From contig NZ_JAUSKL010000102.1 of NCBI RefSeq assembly GCF_030646925.1, positions 3,457 to 67,456 of the forward strand: a stretch of 64,000 bases of DNA, given 5' to 3'. The notes under the pieces were generated by a model. That model was not told the DNA's origin. It saw only the letters and a list, made by a program, of their open reading frames with translations, and made no database searches. The DNA comes from Candidatus Binatus sp. GTDB lineage: Bacteria > Desulfobacterota > Binatia > Binatales > Binataceae. The position numbers and the translations under genes are program-made. Positions 25,737 to 35,870 of this stretch are shown here, in pieces. Every line of letters begins with the position of its first letter. Positions within the stretch are counted from its first letter, which is position 1.

Positions 25737-26423
25737 TTATTCGACGCCAAGCCCAATGTGGGTGATGAAACTCCAATGCTTCTGGTCGAGCGACGCGTAG
25801 GTCTCGAGCTTGCCTTCGATCGTGAGTTTGTAGTTTCCGTCACCGGTGAGCGCGCCGACCGGCGGATTCTTGTACCAGAGCGCTTTCTTGCACGCGGCGA
25901 CCATCATCTTGTCGATCGCGGCTTTGCCCGAATGTTGCTCGACGATTATTTCGGTGAGCTTGCCGTTTTTATCCATGACCGCAGTGAGGATGACGGCCCG
26001 CGTGTCGGTGGACATCCTGATGCCGGAGATTTCGTCGGTGCGTTCGGCGAGCGCAACCTGCGCATACACGCGATCGAGCAGCACCTGCGCGAAGTTGGCG
26101 TACTTGGCGGCTTTGTCGTTGAGCAGGCGTTGATCGCCGGGATGCTGATCGTCGCCGGCCTGTCGCACGAGTCCCGGCGCGGCCTGGTAAGTGACTGGTG
26201 CGTTCGGGTCGCCGGTACTGCGCAGCACCGCGGTCTGCTTCGACAATTCAGTTTTCAGGGGATTCACCGGCTCGGTCGAGAGCGTCGAGAGGTCGGTCAC
26301 GAGATGCGGCCGATCGGCGCCGGCGACCGGGGCCGGCGGCGGCGGAGGAGTCATGCCGCATCCGCCGACGGCGAGCGCCGCAAGCAGGCAGGCATTGAGT
26401 GAAAGTAATCGAGCGAATTTCAT
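25737..26423 (-). CDS. lipoprotein, unknown function (possible TonB-C-like fold)
   Basis: Lipobox LAALAVGGC followed by a Pro-rich linker. Its ATG overlaps the upstream stop (ATGA). Confidence 0.7.
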   Translation of the reverse strand: MKFARLLSLNACLLAALAVGGCGMTPPPPPAPVAGADRPHLVTDLSTLSTEPVNPLKTELSKQTAVLRSTGDPNAPVTYQAAPGLVRQAGDDQHPGDQRLLNDKAAKYANFAQVLLDRVYAQVALAERTDEISGIRMSTDTRAVILTAVMDKNGKLTEIIVEQHSGKAAIDKMMVAACKKALWYKNPPVGALTGDGNYKLTIEGKLETYASLDQKHWSFITHIGLGVE

Positions 26424-28021
26424 TTGGCGTTTCCCTGATCCTTGTCCAGCGCGAGAATTGCCGGGCGCGCGTCATTATAGTCGGCGACGAACGCGTCAAA
26501 CAGTTCCTCGCCCAGCGCGCGTTCCTCGGTGCGAACCACGTCGTTGTGCTGAGTGGCGATCGCGTCACCGATGCGCGCGAGAAATTCGAGCGTCGGCGAG
26601 TAATCCAGTTCGGCGGCGCCACCGCCCGAGAAATGATACATGCCGTTGGCGAGGCGCGCCGAGGAAAGTCTGGTCCGCATCCCGCCGTTGCCCTGCGCCA
26701 TCACGCGCAGAAATCGCCCCGCGATGAAATCCATCGCCTTGTGAATTCCCGGCGGCGCGATCAACTCGGGCACCGCGTTCATCCGCGTGTCGATAGTCAC
26801 CTGCTCAGCGTTGCGGCGGTAGTCGGTGGTGAAGCCGACGTTGGCGAGGCCGAAGTTCATCGCCATGCTGACGATGTGGCCGGTCGCGAGCGTGCGATAG
26901 CCTCCGTGCTCGAGCTGGTCGAGCGCGACGCTTTCGCCGGCCGGCTTGAACGCCGAATCGAACGGCGTGAGCAGGCCGTTTCGACCCATCACAGAGGCGC
27001 GCATATGGCCGCGATCGAAGGATGAGCGGCTCCAGTAATTGCCGCGCGAATCGTACACCGCCGAATTCGCGGTCACTGCCGGCGCGAGCTTGCGATAGAA
27101 ATCGTACAGATGCGGGAAATGCTTGAGCGCATCGAGATGCACTTCGGCATCGACGTTGAGCAACACGATCGGGCCCGCAGGCGACTCAAATTCGTCGAGC
27201 ACGTTGTTGAATTTCAGATACTCGTCGAACTTGGCCGCGAGATGCGGCATCTGGCGATGGAATCGCTCGAGCGCGGCCTTGTCGAAGTGGTTGAAACTTC
27301 CGGGCGCGGTATCCCACGGCGGTTTCAGCTCGCCGTACGACTCGCGGAGTGCCTCCGCGATCGCATCGACGATTGCGCCGATACCGTAGGTGTCGGTCAT
27401 CACCTCGCCGCTGAGCGAGCCAATCACGTTCGATACGTTGTTCGGTGAGGAACCGGGCGCAGGCTTGAGTGCGAATAGCCCGGAGAAACGCTCGGCCTCC
27501 TCGGGGCTGGTGTACTGTTTGGTCAGCGAATACAAATAGTCGGCGGCGCGCGGTTGGCCGGCGACGGCGATCTGATGAATGCCGTCGGGCATCACGGTCC
27601 ACGGGATGTCGGTGTTCGAATAAATCGCGGCGGCGCGAATCATCGTCGATTGCCGCGGCGGCAGGAGATCGACGACGTGCTGAAGCGCGGGCGATAGCTG
27701 CGGATGAAACGACAATTTGCGCTGGAAGGTCAGTTGCCGATCCATGATCGCGAGCGCGCGCGCGGCACGATCGGGTCCGGGCGATGCGAGTTTCAGGATC
27801 GGTGCGAACAAAGTGAGGTTGTCGGGATAGAAACCCGCGGCAGGTGACCTTGCTTCAGGCGCGGATAGCTTCGCGTCATGAGTCGGAGGTGCGACGCGCT
27901 TTGAATCGGAGCGCGGGGGCGCGGCGCTGGCAGAACCGCAAATCGTGCTGAAAATGAAAATCGCGAAGATGGCGAAGGGAACGAGCAGGTAGCATCGCGG
28001 GCGTTGCGCGTGGATAATCAT
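26420..28021 (-). CDS. secreted 533-aa hypothetical protein
   Basis: From track ORF 26420..28342. Start moved to ATG 28021, giving [33 protein letters not shown] (signal peptide). The longer form would overlap rpmE. Confidence 0.7.
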   Translation of the reverse strand: MIIHAQRPRCYLLVPFAIFAIFIFSTICGSASAAPPRSDSKRVAPPTHDAKLSAPEARSPAAGFYPDNLTLFAPILKLASPGPDRAARALAIMDRQLTFQRKLSFHPQLSPALQHVVDLLPPRQSTMIRAAAIYSNTDIPWTVMPDGIHQIAVAGQPRAADYLYSLTKQYTSPEEAERFSGLFALKPAPGSSPNNVSNVIGSLSGEVMTDTYGIGAIVDAIAEALRESYGELKPPWDTAPGSFNHFDKAALERFHRQMPHLAAKFDEYLKFNNVLDEFESPAGPIVLLNVDAEVHLDALKHFPHLYDFYRKLAPAVTANSAVYDSRGNYWSRSSFDRGHMRASVMGRNGLLTPFDSAFKPAGESVALDQLEHGGYRTLATGHIVSMAMNFGLANVGFTTDYRRNAEQVTIDTRMNAVPELIAPPGIHKAMDFIAGRFLRVMAQGNGGMRTRLSSARLANGMYHFSGGGAAELDYSPTLEFLARIGDAIATQHNDVVRTEERALGEELFDAFVADYNDARPAILALDKDQGNAK

Positions 28022-28099
28022 GCGCGACCTGCGAATTGTGCCCGATCCGGCGCGATGATAAGGTATAAAGTAACCAGGGAACGAAACCGAGAAGTACAA

Positions 28100-28339
28100 A
28101 TGAAAGCTGGAATCCATCCCGAATACCGCCGCTGCATGGTGACGTGTGCGTGTGGCAACACTTTCGAAACGCATTCGACGTCCAAAGAGATGCACGTCGA
28201 GGTTTGTTCGAAGTGCCATCCGTTTTATACCGGCACGCAGCGGCTGGTCGATACCGCAGGCCGCGTCGAGCGCTTCAACCGCAAATACGGCATCAAGAAG
28301 CCGGCCGAAACGGTCGTCGAAAAGCCCGCAGAAAACTAG
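28100..28339 (+). CDS. rpmE: 50S ribosomal protein L31 (Zn-ribbon type)
   Basis: [27 protein letters not shown]...[11 protein letters not shown]. Confidence 0.95.
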   Translation: MKAGIHPEYRRCMVTCACGNTFETHSTSKEMHVEVCSKCHPFYTGTQRLVDTAGRVERFNRKYGIKKPAETVVEKPAEN

Positions 28340-28397
28340 CATAGCAACTCCCGCCGCCTGCGATGCGCCAGCATCCGGGTGCGCGGGGGAGAATTAT

Positions 28398-28431
28398 CGG
28401 CACGGCCATCCAGGCCGCGCCGTTTTTGTTT
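28398..28431 (+). terminator. candidate rho-independent terminator after rpmE
   Basis: cggcacggc/gccgcgccg stem with one mismatch, followed by tttttgttt. Confidence 0.55.
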
Positions 28432-28461
28432 CAACTCGAAGCGTTGGGGATCTGACGGGTA

Positions 28462-29523
28462 ATGCTGGATAAAGTTAGCGCGATCGAGGAGCGGGTCACC
28501 GAGCTGGAGCGCAGACTCGCCGACCCGGCGACGCTCGGCAATCAGCGCGAATACGCGAAGCTCGCGAAGGAGCGCGCGCAACTTGCGGAAGCGGGGCAGA
28601 CTGCGCGCGAGTATCGTCGCGTGCTCGAGGAAATCGGCGATCACAAAGCGATTCTCGAAGGCGACGATGCGGATTTGCGCGAACTCGCGAAGGCCGAACT
28701 GCCCACCCTGCAAAAAAACCTTGGCGCGCTCGAAGAAAAATTCAAGGAACTGCTAACCCCGCGCGATCCGAACGACGAACGCAACGTGATCCTCGAAATT
28801 CGCGCCGGCGCCGGCGGCGAAGAAGCATCGCTGTTCGCGGGCGACCTCTATCGGATGTACACGCGCTACGCGGAACTCCACGGCTGGAGAATCGAGCCGC
28901 TTAGTTTGAGCGACACCGGCCTTGGAGGAATCAAGGAAGTGATCGCGCTGGTGAATGGACGCGGCGCGTACTCGCGGCTCAAGTATGAAGGCGGGGTGCA
29001 TCGCGTACAGCGCGTGCCTCAGACCGAGGGCTCGGGACGGATTCATACATCGGCGGTGACGGTCGCGGTGATGCCCGAGGCGGACGACGTCGAAGTCAAT
29101 ATCAACGAGACGAAGGATCTGCGAATCGACGTGATGCGCGCGTCGGGCCCGGGCGGACAGAGCGTCAACACCACCGACTCGGCGGTGCGAATAACGCATC
29201 TGCCGACCGGGATGGTGATCATCTGCCGCGACGAGAAATCGCAGCACAAGAACAAGGCGCGCGCGATGAAGATCCTGCGATCGCGGCTGCTCGAGCAGGC
29301 GCAGAACGAGCAGCACGAGAAGATCGCGGAGACGCGGCGCTCGATGATAGGCACGGGCGATCGCTCGGAGCGAATTCGCACCTACAATTTTCCGCAGTCG
29401 AGGGTGACGGACCATCGCGTCAATCTGACGTTGCATCAACTCGACAACGTGCTGGACGGCGGAATCGATACAATCATCGACGCGCTGGCGGCCTACGAGC
29501 AGGCGCAGGCGCTGAGCGCCTAG
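28462..29523 (+). CDS. prfA: peptide chain release factor 1
   Basis: Motifs GGQSVNTTDSAVRITHLPTG and RVPQTEGSGRIHTSAVTVAVMPE. Followed by prmC. Confidence 0.95.
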   Translation: MLDKVSAIEERVTELERRLADPATLGNQREYAKLAKERAQLAEAGQTAREYRRVLEEIGDHKAILEGDDADLRELAKAELPTLQKNLGALEEKFKELLTPRDPNDERNVILEIRAGAGGEEASLFAGDLYRMYTRYAELHGWRIEPLSLSDTGLGGIKEVIALVNGRGAYSRLKYEGGVHRVQRVPQTEGSGRIHTSAVTVAVMPEADDVEVNINETKDLRIDVMRASGPGGQSVNTTDSAVRITHLPTGMVIICRDEKSQHKNKARAMKILRSRLLEQAQNEQHEKIAETRRSMIGTGDRSERIRTYNFPQSRVTDHRVNLTLHQLDNVLDGGIDTIIDALAAYEQAQALSA

Positions 29524-29529
29524 GCCGAG

Positions 29530-30417
29530 ATGCTCGCGGTGGCGGCGGAACGGGCGCGCGCGGTTGAGCTAATCGAAACGGCTGCGCGGCGGCTCGCGGA
29601 GTGCGGCGTCGAGAGCAGTCGCCTCGACGCGCAACTCCTGATGGCTGAAGCGGCGGACGTCACGCGCGCCGAGGTTATCGCGGGATCGCGGATGCTGTCG
29701 GCGGAGCAATTAGCGCGATTCGACGCGATGATCGAGCGGCGGATGCGTCGCGAGCCGATCGCATACATCGTCGGTCACAAGGAATTCTACTCGCTCGATT
29801 TCGAAGTGAATCGGAGCGTGCTGATTCCGCGGCCGGAGACTGAGATTCTGGTCGGTGCGGCGCTCGCTACGATCGCGAAGATGCGCCAAGCGCGCGTGCT
29901 CGATATCGGCACCGGTTCCGGCGCGATTGCGATCGCGAACGCGGCGAATGCGCCGCGGGCGACGGTACTGGCGACGGACATTTCAGCGGATGCGCTCGCG
30001 GTCGCGACGCGCAACGTGGTTCGGCATAGTGTCGGCGATCGCGTGACGCTGCGCCGCGCCGATTGCTTCGAAGTTCTCGATGGAGAACAGGAGCTTGGAC
30101 GATTCGATCTGATCGTTTCGAATCCTCCGTACGTTGCAGAAGTGGATCTGGCCCGGCTCGAGCCTGAGGTTCGTTCGTATGAACCAGATATTGCGCTGAG
30201 CGCGGGCCGCGACGAACTGAATTTCTATCGCCGAATCACAGCGGGCGCGCGAGCGCATCTTACTGCTGAGGGGCAATTGATCGTGGAAGTCGGCGCGGGA
30301 CAGGCGGATGAGGTGATAAGAGTTCTGGCGGAGCACGCATTTGAGGTCGTCGCTGTGCTAGACGATTTCGGCGGTCATCGACGCGTCGTGCATGCGCGCT
30401 TGTTCCACGAAGAGTAG
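29530..30417 (+). CDS. prmC: release-factor glutamine N5-methyltransferase
   Basis: Motifs LIPRPETE, VLDIGTGSGAIAI, IVSNPPYV. Confidence 0.9.
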   Translation: MLAVAAERARAVELIETAARRLAECGVESSRLDAQLLMAEAADVTRAEVIAGSRMLSAEQLARFDAMIERRMRREPIAYIVGHKEFYSLDFEVNRSVLIPRPETEILVGAALATIAKMRQARVLDIGTGSGAIAIANAANAPRATVLATDISADALAVATRNVVRHSVGDRVTLRRADCFEVLDGEQELGRFDLIVSNPPYVAEVDLARLEPEVRSYEPDIALSAGRDELNFYRRITAGARAHLTAEGQLIVEVGAGQADEVIRVLAEHAFEVVAVLDDFGGHRRVVHARLFHEE

Positions 30418-30433
30418 AGCCGATCTCACGACG

Positions 30434-31699
30434 ATGGAAAAAATGATCATTCATGGCGGCGCGCCACTCCGGGGCATTGTCTCGCTGAGCGGCAGCAAGA
30501 ATGCGGCGCTGCCGATCATGATGGCGTCGCTGCTGACGGCAGAGCCGCTTAAGCTGCGCAACGTTCCGCGCCTGCGCGACGTCAAGACCGCGATAGATTT
30601 GCTCGGCAAGCTTGGCGTCGCGGTCAGGTGGACCGGCGAGCATGAGGTCGAGCTTCACGCGGAAAAAATCACCTCGCACGAAGCGCCGTATGAATTGGTC
30701 AAGACGATGCGCGCATCGTTTGTCGTGCTGGGGCCGCTGCTCGCGCGCACCGGCCGAGCGCGCGTTTCGACGCCGGGCGGATGCGCGATCGGCGCGCGGC
30801 CGGTCAATTTGCACATCACCGGGATTCGCGCGCTCGGCAGCAAGATTCAGTTTCGGCACGGCTACGTCGAGGCGCACGCGGAAAAGCTTAGCGGCGCGCG
30901 CATTTGGCTCGATTCGCCGTCGGTCGGCGCGACGCAGAACATCATGATGGCGGCGGTGACGGCGCGCGGGCGCACACTGATCGAAAACGCGGCGCGCGAG
31001 CCCGAGGTGCAGGATCTGGCGCGAGTGCTGGTGAAGATGGGCGCGCAGATTTCCGGCGCGGGCTCGCACGTGATGGAAATTGAGGGCGTCGAAAAACTGC
31101 ACGGCGCCGAGCACGAAATTATCTGCGATCGGATCGAGGCGGGCTCGATGATGGTCGCAGCCGCGATCACCGGCGGCGACGTCGAGATTCAGAACGCGCC
31201 GGTCGGGGACCTCGAGGCGGTCATCGCGAAACTGCGCGAGACGGGCGTGCGGGTCGAATCGAACGGGCACGGCTTGCGCGTCGCGGGGCCCGGCAAACTC
31301 GACTCGATCGAATTGCGCACCCTGCCGTATCCAGGATTTCCGACCGACTTGCAGGCGCAAATGATGGCGCTGCTCACGCAGGCGGGCGGCACGTCCGTGA
31401 TCACCGAAACGATTTTTGAGAATCGCTTCATGCATGCGCAGGAACTTGTGCGGATGGGCGCCGATATTTTGATGAAGGGCAACACTGCGATCGTGCGCGG
31501 GCCGAGCGAGCTATGCGGCGCGCCGGTGATGGCGACTGATTTGCGCGCGAGCATGGGACTAATCCTTGCGGGACTGGCGGCTGAGCACGCGACCGAACTG
31601 AGCCGCGTCTATCATCTCGATCGCGGCTACGAAGCGCTCGATGCGAAGCTGTCGGCGCTGGGCGCGCGGATCGAACGCGTCAAGGACGACGCGCCATGA
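30434..31699 (+). CDS. murA: UDP-N-acetylglucosamine 1-carboxyvinyltransferase
   Basis: Motifs MEKMIIHGGAPLRGIVSLSGSKNAALPIM, PGGCAIGARPVNLH, LPYPGFPTDLQAQ. Confidence 0.95.
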   Translation: MEKMIIHGGAPLRGIVSLSGSKNAALPIMMASLLTAEPLKLRNVPRLRDVKTAIDLLGKLGVAVRWTGEHEVELHAEKITSHEAPYELVKTMRASFVVLGPLLARTGRARVSTPGGCAIGARPVNLHITGIRALGSKIQFRHGYVEAHAEKLSGARIWLDSPSVGATQNIMMAAVTARGRTLIENAAREPEVQDLARVLVKMGAQISGAGSHVMEIEGVEKLHGAEHEIICDRIEAGSMMVAAAITGGDVEIQNAPVGDLEAVIAKLRETGVRVESNGHGLRVAGPGKLDSIELRTLPYPGFPTDLQAQMMALLTQAGGTSVITETIFENRFMHAQELVRMGADILMKGNTAIVRGPSELCGAPVMATDLRASMGLILAGLAAEHATELSRVYHLDRGYEALDAKLSALGARIERVKDDAP

Positions 31700-33051
31700 A
31701 GCCGCGCGTGCTGCGATCGCGCAGTCCCGAGTTCAAGAAGTTCCTCGCCGCGTTGCTCGACCGGCGCGGCGGCGACAGCGCGAATATCGATCGGAGCGTG
31801 GCCACGATTATCGAAGACGTGCGCAAGCGTGGCGATCGCGCGCTGATCGCGATGACGCAAAAGTTCGACCGCGTGAAACTGAAAGCATCCACCTTGCAGG
31901 TCACGCGGGCCGAGAGACGCGCGGCGCTGAACAAGATTCCGGCTGCGGATCGCAAAACACTCGAACTTGCGGCGCGGCGAATCGCGGAGTTCCATCGCCG
32001 CACGATGGAGAAATCGTTCAGCTATCGCGATCCCACTGGCATGCGCCTCGGCCAAATGGTGCTGCCGCTGAGTCGCGTCGGAATCTACGTGCCCGGCGGC
32101 CTTGGGGCGTATCCTTCGTCAGTGCTGATGAATGCGATTCCCGCCAAGGTCGCAGGCGTCGCGGAAGTGGTGATGGTATCGCCGCCGTCGCGCGAGGGTG
32201 AAAGGCTGGCGGTACTGGCGGCGGCAGCGATCGCGGGCGTCGATGAGTTTTTCCGAATCGGGGGAGCGCAGGCGGTAGCGGCGCTGGCATACGGTACCGA
32301 ATCGATTCGTCCGGTGGACAAAATCGTCGGGCCGGGCAACGCCTACGTGCAGGCCGCCAAACGGATGGTTTACGGCGTCACCGATATCGACAAGATGGCG
32401 GGGCCGAGCGAGGTGCTCGTGATCGCGGACGACAGCGCGCGTCCCGATTGGATCGCCGCGGACCTGATTGCGCAAGCCGAGCACGGCTCGGGCGACGAGG
32501 CGGCGGTGCTGCTGACGCCGTCGGCGAGTATCGCGCAGGAAGTTGCAGACGCGATCGAGCGGGCGCTTGAATCGCTGCCGCGAGCGCGGCAGGTCGAGAC
32601 GGCGCTCAGCAAGCGCGGCGCGATGGTGATCGTGAAGGACCTGAACGAGGCATTCGATCTAGCGAATGAAATCGCGCCGGAGCATCTGGAACTGGAGATC
32701 CGCAATCCCTCGCGATGGCTGCCGCGCGTGAAAGCGGCGGGCGCGGTTTTTCTGGGCGGACTTTCGCCGGCGCCGCTGGGCGATTACCTGGCCGGCCCCA
32801 ATCACGTGCTGCCGACCGGCGGCGCGGCGCGATTTGCGTCGCCGCTGGGTGCATACGATTTTCTGAAACGTACCAGTATAATCGAGGCGTCGAGCGGCGC
32901 GCTGAAAGCGCTCGGGCCAGCCGTGGCGCATCTCGCGCGGATGGAAGGTTTCGAGGGGCATGCGCGCGCGATCGAAATCAGAAACGGCGCGAGCAAGCGC
33001 GCACGAGGAGCGAGGCGGACCGGCGAGCATCGAAATGCAAAAGAAGCTTAA
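31696..33051 (+). CDS. hisD: histidinol dehydrogenase
   Basis: Motifs GIYVPGGLGAYPSSVLM, MAGPSEVLVIAD, AQAEHGSGDEA. Overlaps the murA stop by 4 nt. Confidence 0.95.
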   Translation: MKPRVLRSRSPEFKKFLAALLDRRGGDSANIDRSVATIIEDVRKRGDRALIAMTQKFDRVKLKASTLQVTRAERRAALNKIPAADRKTLELAARRIAEFHRRTMEKSFSYRDPTGMRLGQMVLPLSRVGIYVPGGLGAYPSSVLMNAIPAKVAGVAEVVMVSPPSREGERLAVLAAAAIAGVDEFFRIGGAQAVAALAYGTESIRPVDKIVGPGNAYVQAAKRMVYGVTDIDKMAGPSEVLVIADDSARPDWIAADLIAQAEHGSGDEAAVLLTPSASIAQEVADAIERALESLPRARQVETALSKRGAMVIVKDLNEAFDLANEIAPEHLELEIRNPSRWLPRVKAAGAVFLGGLSPAPLGDYLAGPNHVLPTGGAARFASPLGAYDFLKRTSIIEASSGALKALGPAVAHLARMEGFEGHARAIEIRNGASKRARGARRTGEHRNAKEA

Positions 33052-33685
33052 ACGCGAACAATCGAGCACGCGACCCAATGGCGCGGCGGCGAAAGCGAGC
33101 CGCAGTGCTGAGATCGAGCGCAAGACGCGCGAGACTTCGATCACGGTCGCGCTCAAGCTCGATGGCTCCGGGAGCGGACGCGCGGAAACGGGAGTCGCGT
33201 TCCTCGATCACATGCTGGAGAGTTTCGCGCGCCACGGTTTTTTCGATCTGCGCGTCGCGGCGAAGGGCGATTTGCAGATCGACGATCATCACACGGTCGA
33301 AGATGTGGGAATCGTGCTGGGACGCGCGTTTCGCACGGCGCTCGGCGAGCGTGCGGGAATCAAGCGCTTCGGCGAGGCGACGGTGCCGCTGGACGAAGCG
33401 GTGTGCACCGCGATTGTCGATATCAGCGGGCGCTCCTACCTCGGCTACAACGTGACGATCACGCAGGAGCGCGTCGGCAATTTCCAGACCGAACTGGTGC
33501 ACGACTTCATGAAGGCGTTCAGCGACGAAGCCGGCATGAACCTGCATCTGAACATGGTTAGCGGGCGCAACCCGCATCATATTATCGAGGCGGCGTTCAA
33601 GGCGCTCGCGCGCGCGATGGATCAGGCGACCGCGATCGAGCCGCGGCTTTCGGGCGTGCTCTCGACCAAGGGCACGCTGTCCTGA
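33035..33685 (+). CDS. hisB: imidazoleglycerol-phosphate dehydratase
   Basis: Motifs IERKTRETSITVALKLDGSG, FLDHMLESFARHG, DDHHTVEDVGI. The ATG 33035 start gives a ~25-aa N-terminal extension. Confidence 0.9.
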   Translation: MQKKLKREQSSTRPNGAAAKASRSAEIERKTRETSITVALKLDGSGSGRAETGVAFLDHMLESFARHGFFDLRVAAKGDLQIDDHHTVEDVGIVLGRAFRTALGERAGIKRFGEATVPLDEAVCTAIVDISGRSYLGYNVTITQERVGNFQTELVHDFMKAFSDEAGMNLHLNMVSGRNPHHIIEAAFKALARAMDQATAIEPRLSGVLSTKGTLS

Positions 33686-33691
33686 AATCGC

Positions 33692-34426
33692 GTGTTCGAG
33701 CAGTTCACCGTTATTCCGGCGATCGATCTGAAAGGCGGGCAGGTCGTGCGCCTGCTGTATGGCGACATGAATCGCGCGACCGTTTACGGAAGCGATCCAG
33801 CGGCGGTTGCGAAGCGCTTCGAGGACCAGGGCGCCAGATTGATCCACGTCGTCGATCTCGACGGCGCGATTGCGGGGATGCCGCGCAATCTCGATGCGAT
33901 CGCAAAAATCCGCGCGGCGGTGCGATGCGCGATCGACGTCAGTGGCGGGTTGCGCATGATCGAATCTGTTCGCGCGGCGGTTGCCGCGGGCGCCGACTAC
34001 GTGTCGATCGGCTCGGCCGCGTTCCTCAATCCTGAACTCGTGCACCGAGCGTGCGCCGAGTATCCGGCGCGCGTGTTCGGCTCGCTCGACGTGCGCGATG
34101 GGATGCTCGCAATCAAGGGATGGGTCGAGACGAGCGCTCTTAGTGTCGATGCGGCCGCGCGCCGGTTCCTCGACGCTGGCGTTGCCGCCGCGATCGTCAC
34201 CGACATCTCGCGCGACGGCGCGCAGGCGGGCGTCGATGCGGCCCGCATGGCGGAGACGGCCAGGCTCGCGGCGCTGCCGATAATTGCGTCGGGCGGAGTG
34301 TCCGCGCTCGACGACGTAGTAGCGTTGCGCGCGCGTTTCGATGACGGCGTCGTCGGAGCGATCGTCGGCCGGGCGCTGTACGAAGGAAACTTCAGCCTCG
34401 AGCAGGCAGTCGCCGCGGCGCGATAG
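33692..34426 (+). CDS. hisA: ProFAR isomerase
   Basis: Motifs VIPAIDLKGGQVVRL, LIHVVDLDGA, IASGGVSALDDV. GTG start. Confidence 0.9.
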   Translation: MFEQFTVIPAIDLKGGQVVRLLYGDMNRATVYGSDPAAVAKRFEDQGARLIHVVDLDGAIAGMPRNLDAIAKIRAAVRCAIDVSGGLRMIESVRAAVAAGADYVSIGSAAFLNPELVHRACAEYPARVFGSLDVRDGMLAIKGWVETSALSVDAAARRFLDAGVAAAIVTDISRDGAQAGVDAARMAETARLAALPIIASGGVSALDDVVALRARFDDGVVGAIVGRALYEGNFSLEQAVAAAR

Positions 34427-34568
34427 CGCCTGATTGCATCATCGTTCAAAGCTCGAATCGCCGGGTGACACGCACAAGAATGTAGCCGAACTGCCACAGT
34501 TTGTGTCATCGCAGCATCTTCAAAATCGCGCGCGCTAAAAAAGTGTAAATAGTGACTACCTGTAGGAT

Positions 34569-34583
34569 TGGCACATTGCGTGC
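34569..34583 (+). promoter_or_regulatory. candidate sigma-54 (-24/-12) promoter
   Basis: TGGCAC-attgc-GTGC compared with the consensus TGGCAC-N5-TTGC. Lies about 130 nt upstream of ATG 34713. Confidence 0.35.
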
Positions 34584-34712
34584 CTGTCCTGGCGGGTCAG
34601 TCGATTCGCGGAGTGTTAGACGAGTGTTCGGCTCGCACTCGATGAATCGTCGCGACCTTGCACGGGTTACTGGATCCAACAGATCGACACGCAAGGAGTT
34701 TGGAAGACCAAC

Positions 34713-35723
34713 ATGAAGCGACTATTCGCAAATTCAAAGGGCCAGATGTTCGTGATGTATGCCGTCGCGGCGACCGCTCTGCTCGGCGCGATCGCGCTCG
34801 GCACCGACGTGAGCATCATGTACTTCAACTGGGCGTCGATGCAGCGAGCGGTCGATGCGGCAGCGCTGGCGGGCGCGAGCTATCTGCCTGAAGACACTTC
34901 AACCGCAGGCGCCAAGGCTACCACCTATGCCACGGTGAATGGCCTCGCTGCGGGTGAAGTTGCCTCGCCGACGTTCAACAGTCCGACCAATGACACGATC
35001 ACTGTGAACGCGAGCCGCACCGTGCCGTACTATTTTGGAAAAGTAGTAGGGCTGACCAATCAGCTGGTTCAGGTATCAGCCAGCGCGCAGGTGCCGGGTG
35101 GTGTCACTTGTGTTTATTGCGCTCCCTACGGGCCGACAGGGACGCCGCCTGCGCCGGGCAGTGTTATTACTCCAGCCACGCCGGGTACTAGCGTCGGCCA
35201 GAATCAGCTTGTTCCGATCGGCCTCGATAAGAGCGTGCTCTATTCAGGCCGCGGAACATCCGTGGTGCTACAGCAAGGACGAATGTCGCCGGGTAACTGG
35301 GACTTTCTTCAGTTGGGAGCGCCAGGCGGCGACGTACTCAGAGACAATATCGCTTATGGTTACACCGGACCGATCAATGTGGGACAGTATATCTGGACCA
35401 AGACCGGTCAAAACGTCGGGCCAGCCAATCAGGGATTCGAAGACCGCATCGACGCCGGCAGTTCGACGGGGACGTGGCAAACACATCCGGAAAATGATTC
35501 GCGGGTCGTTCTGCTGCCGATCGTCGATTGGACCACGGCAGGTACTGGCAACACGATGATGGAGGTGCTGGGCTTCGCCCATATGTACCTCGCGCAGGAT
35601 TTGGGCCATGGACAATTCCAGGCCTATTACATCGACGACGTAGTGCCCGACAGCCTGGTGTCGGCCACGCCGCCGCCAGCCGGCTTCCGCGGCGCTCGCG
35701 GCAATCCGGTATTGATCCGATAG
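34713..35723 (+). CDS. TadE/TadG-like (Flp-pilus pseudopilin-like) protein
   Basis: N-terminal motif GQMFVMYAVAATALLGAIALGTDVSIMYFNWASMQRAVDAAALAGA, typical of the TadG/Tad N-terminal domain. Confidence 0.7.
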   Translation: MKRLFANSKGQMFVMYAVAATALLGAIALGTDVSIMYFNWASMQRAVDAAALAGASYLPEDTSTAGAKATTYATVNGLAAGEVASPTFNSPTNDTITVNASRTVPYYFGKVVGLTNQLVQVSASAQVPGGVTCVYCAPYGPTGTPPAPGSVITPATPGTSVGQNQLVPIGLDKSVLYSGRGTSVVLQQGRMSPGNWDFLQLGAPGGDVLRDNIAYGYTGPINVGQYIWTKTGQNVGPANQGFEDRIDAGSSTGTWQTHPENDSRVVLLPIVDWTTAGTGNTMMEVLGFAHMYLAQDLGHGQFQAYYIDDVVPDSLVSATPPPAGFRGARGNPVLIR

Positions 35724-35735
35724 CTGCATTCAAGG

Positions 35736-35787
35736 CCTGAGCAGGTTGCGCCCGTTTCACGGGCGCAGCTTGACCTCAGGATTTTTC
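35736..35787 (+). terminator. candidate terminator hairpin
   Basis: An outer stem cctgag/ctcagg encloses the inner 8-bp stem tgcgcccg-tttca-cgggcgca, followed by attttt. Confidence 0.55.
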
Positions 35788-35870
35788 AGGCCAACCGCAT
35801 CGCGCGCAGCGGTCCGCATCGGAATTCCCGTCGGTTCAAATAGTCGCTGGGCTCTGCTATACGCCACGTT

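Noticed and set aside
28022-28342. N-terminal extension of track ORF 26420..28342(-)
   Set aside because: The extension would overlap rpmE on the other strand. An internal ATG at 28021 yields a clean signal peptide, so the gene was trimmed.
30260-34045. Antisense ORFs 30260..31435(-) and 32978..34045(-) opposite murA/hisB/hisA
   Set aside because: They overlap universally conserved genes and have no motifs. The same reasoning applies to 35931..36605(-), 36924..37925(-), 38828..39439(+), 40102..41043(+), 43287..44429(+), 44496..45746(+), 45772..46665(+), 46685..47566(+), 48680..49405(-), 54846..55703(+), 56503..57228(-), 57384..58229(-), 59327..60037(-) and 61881..62771(+).
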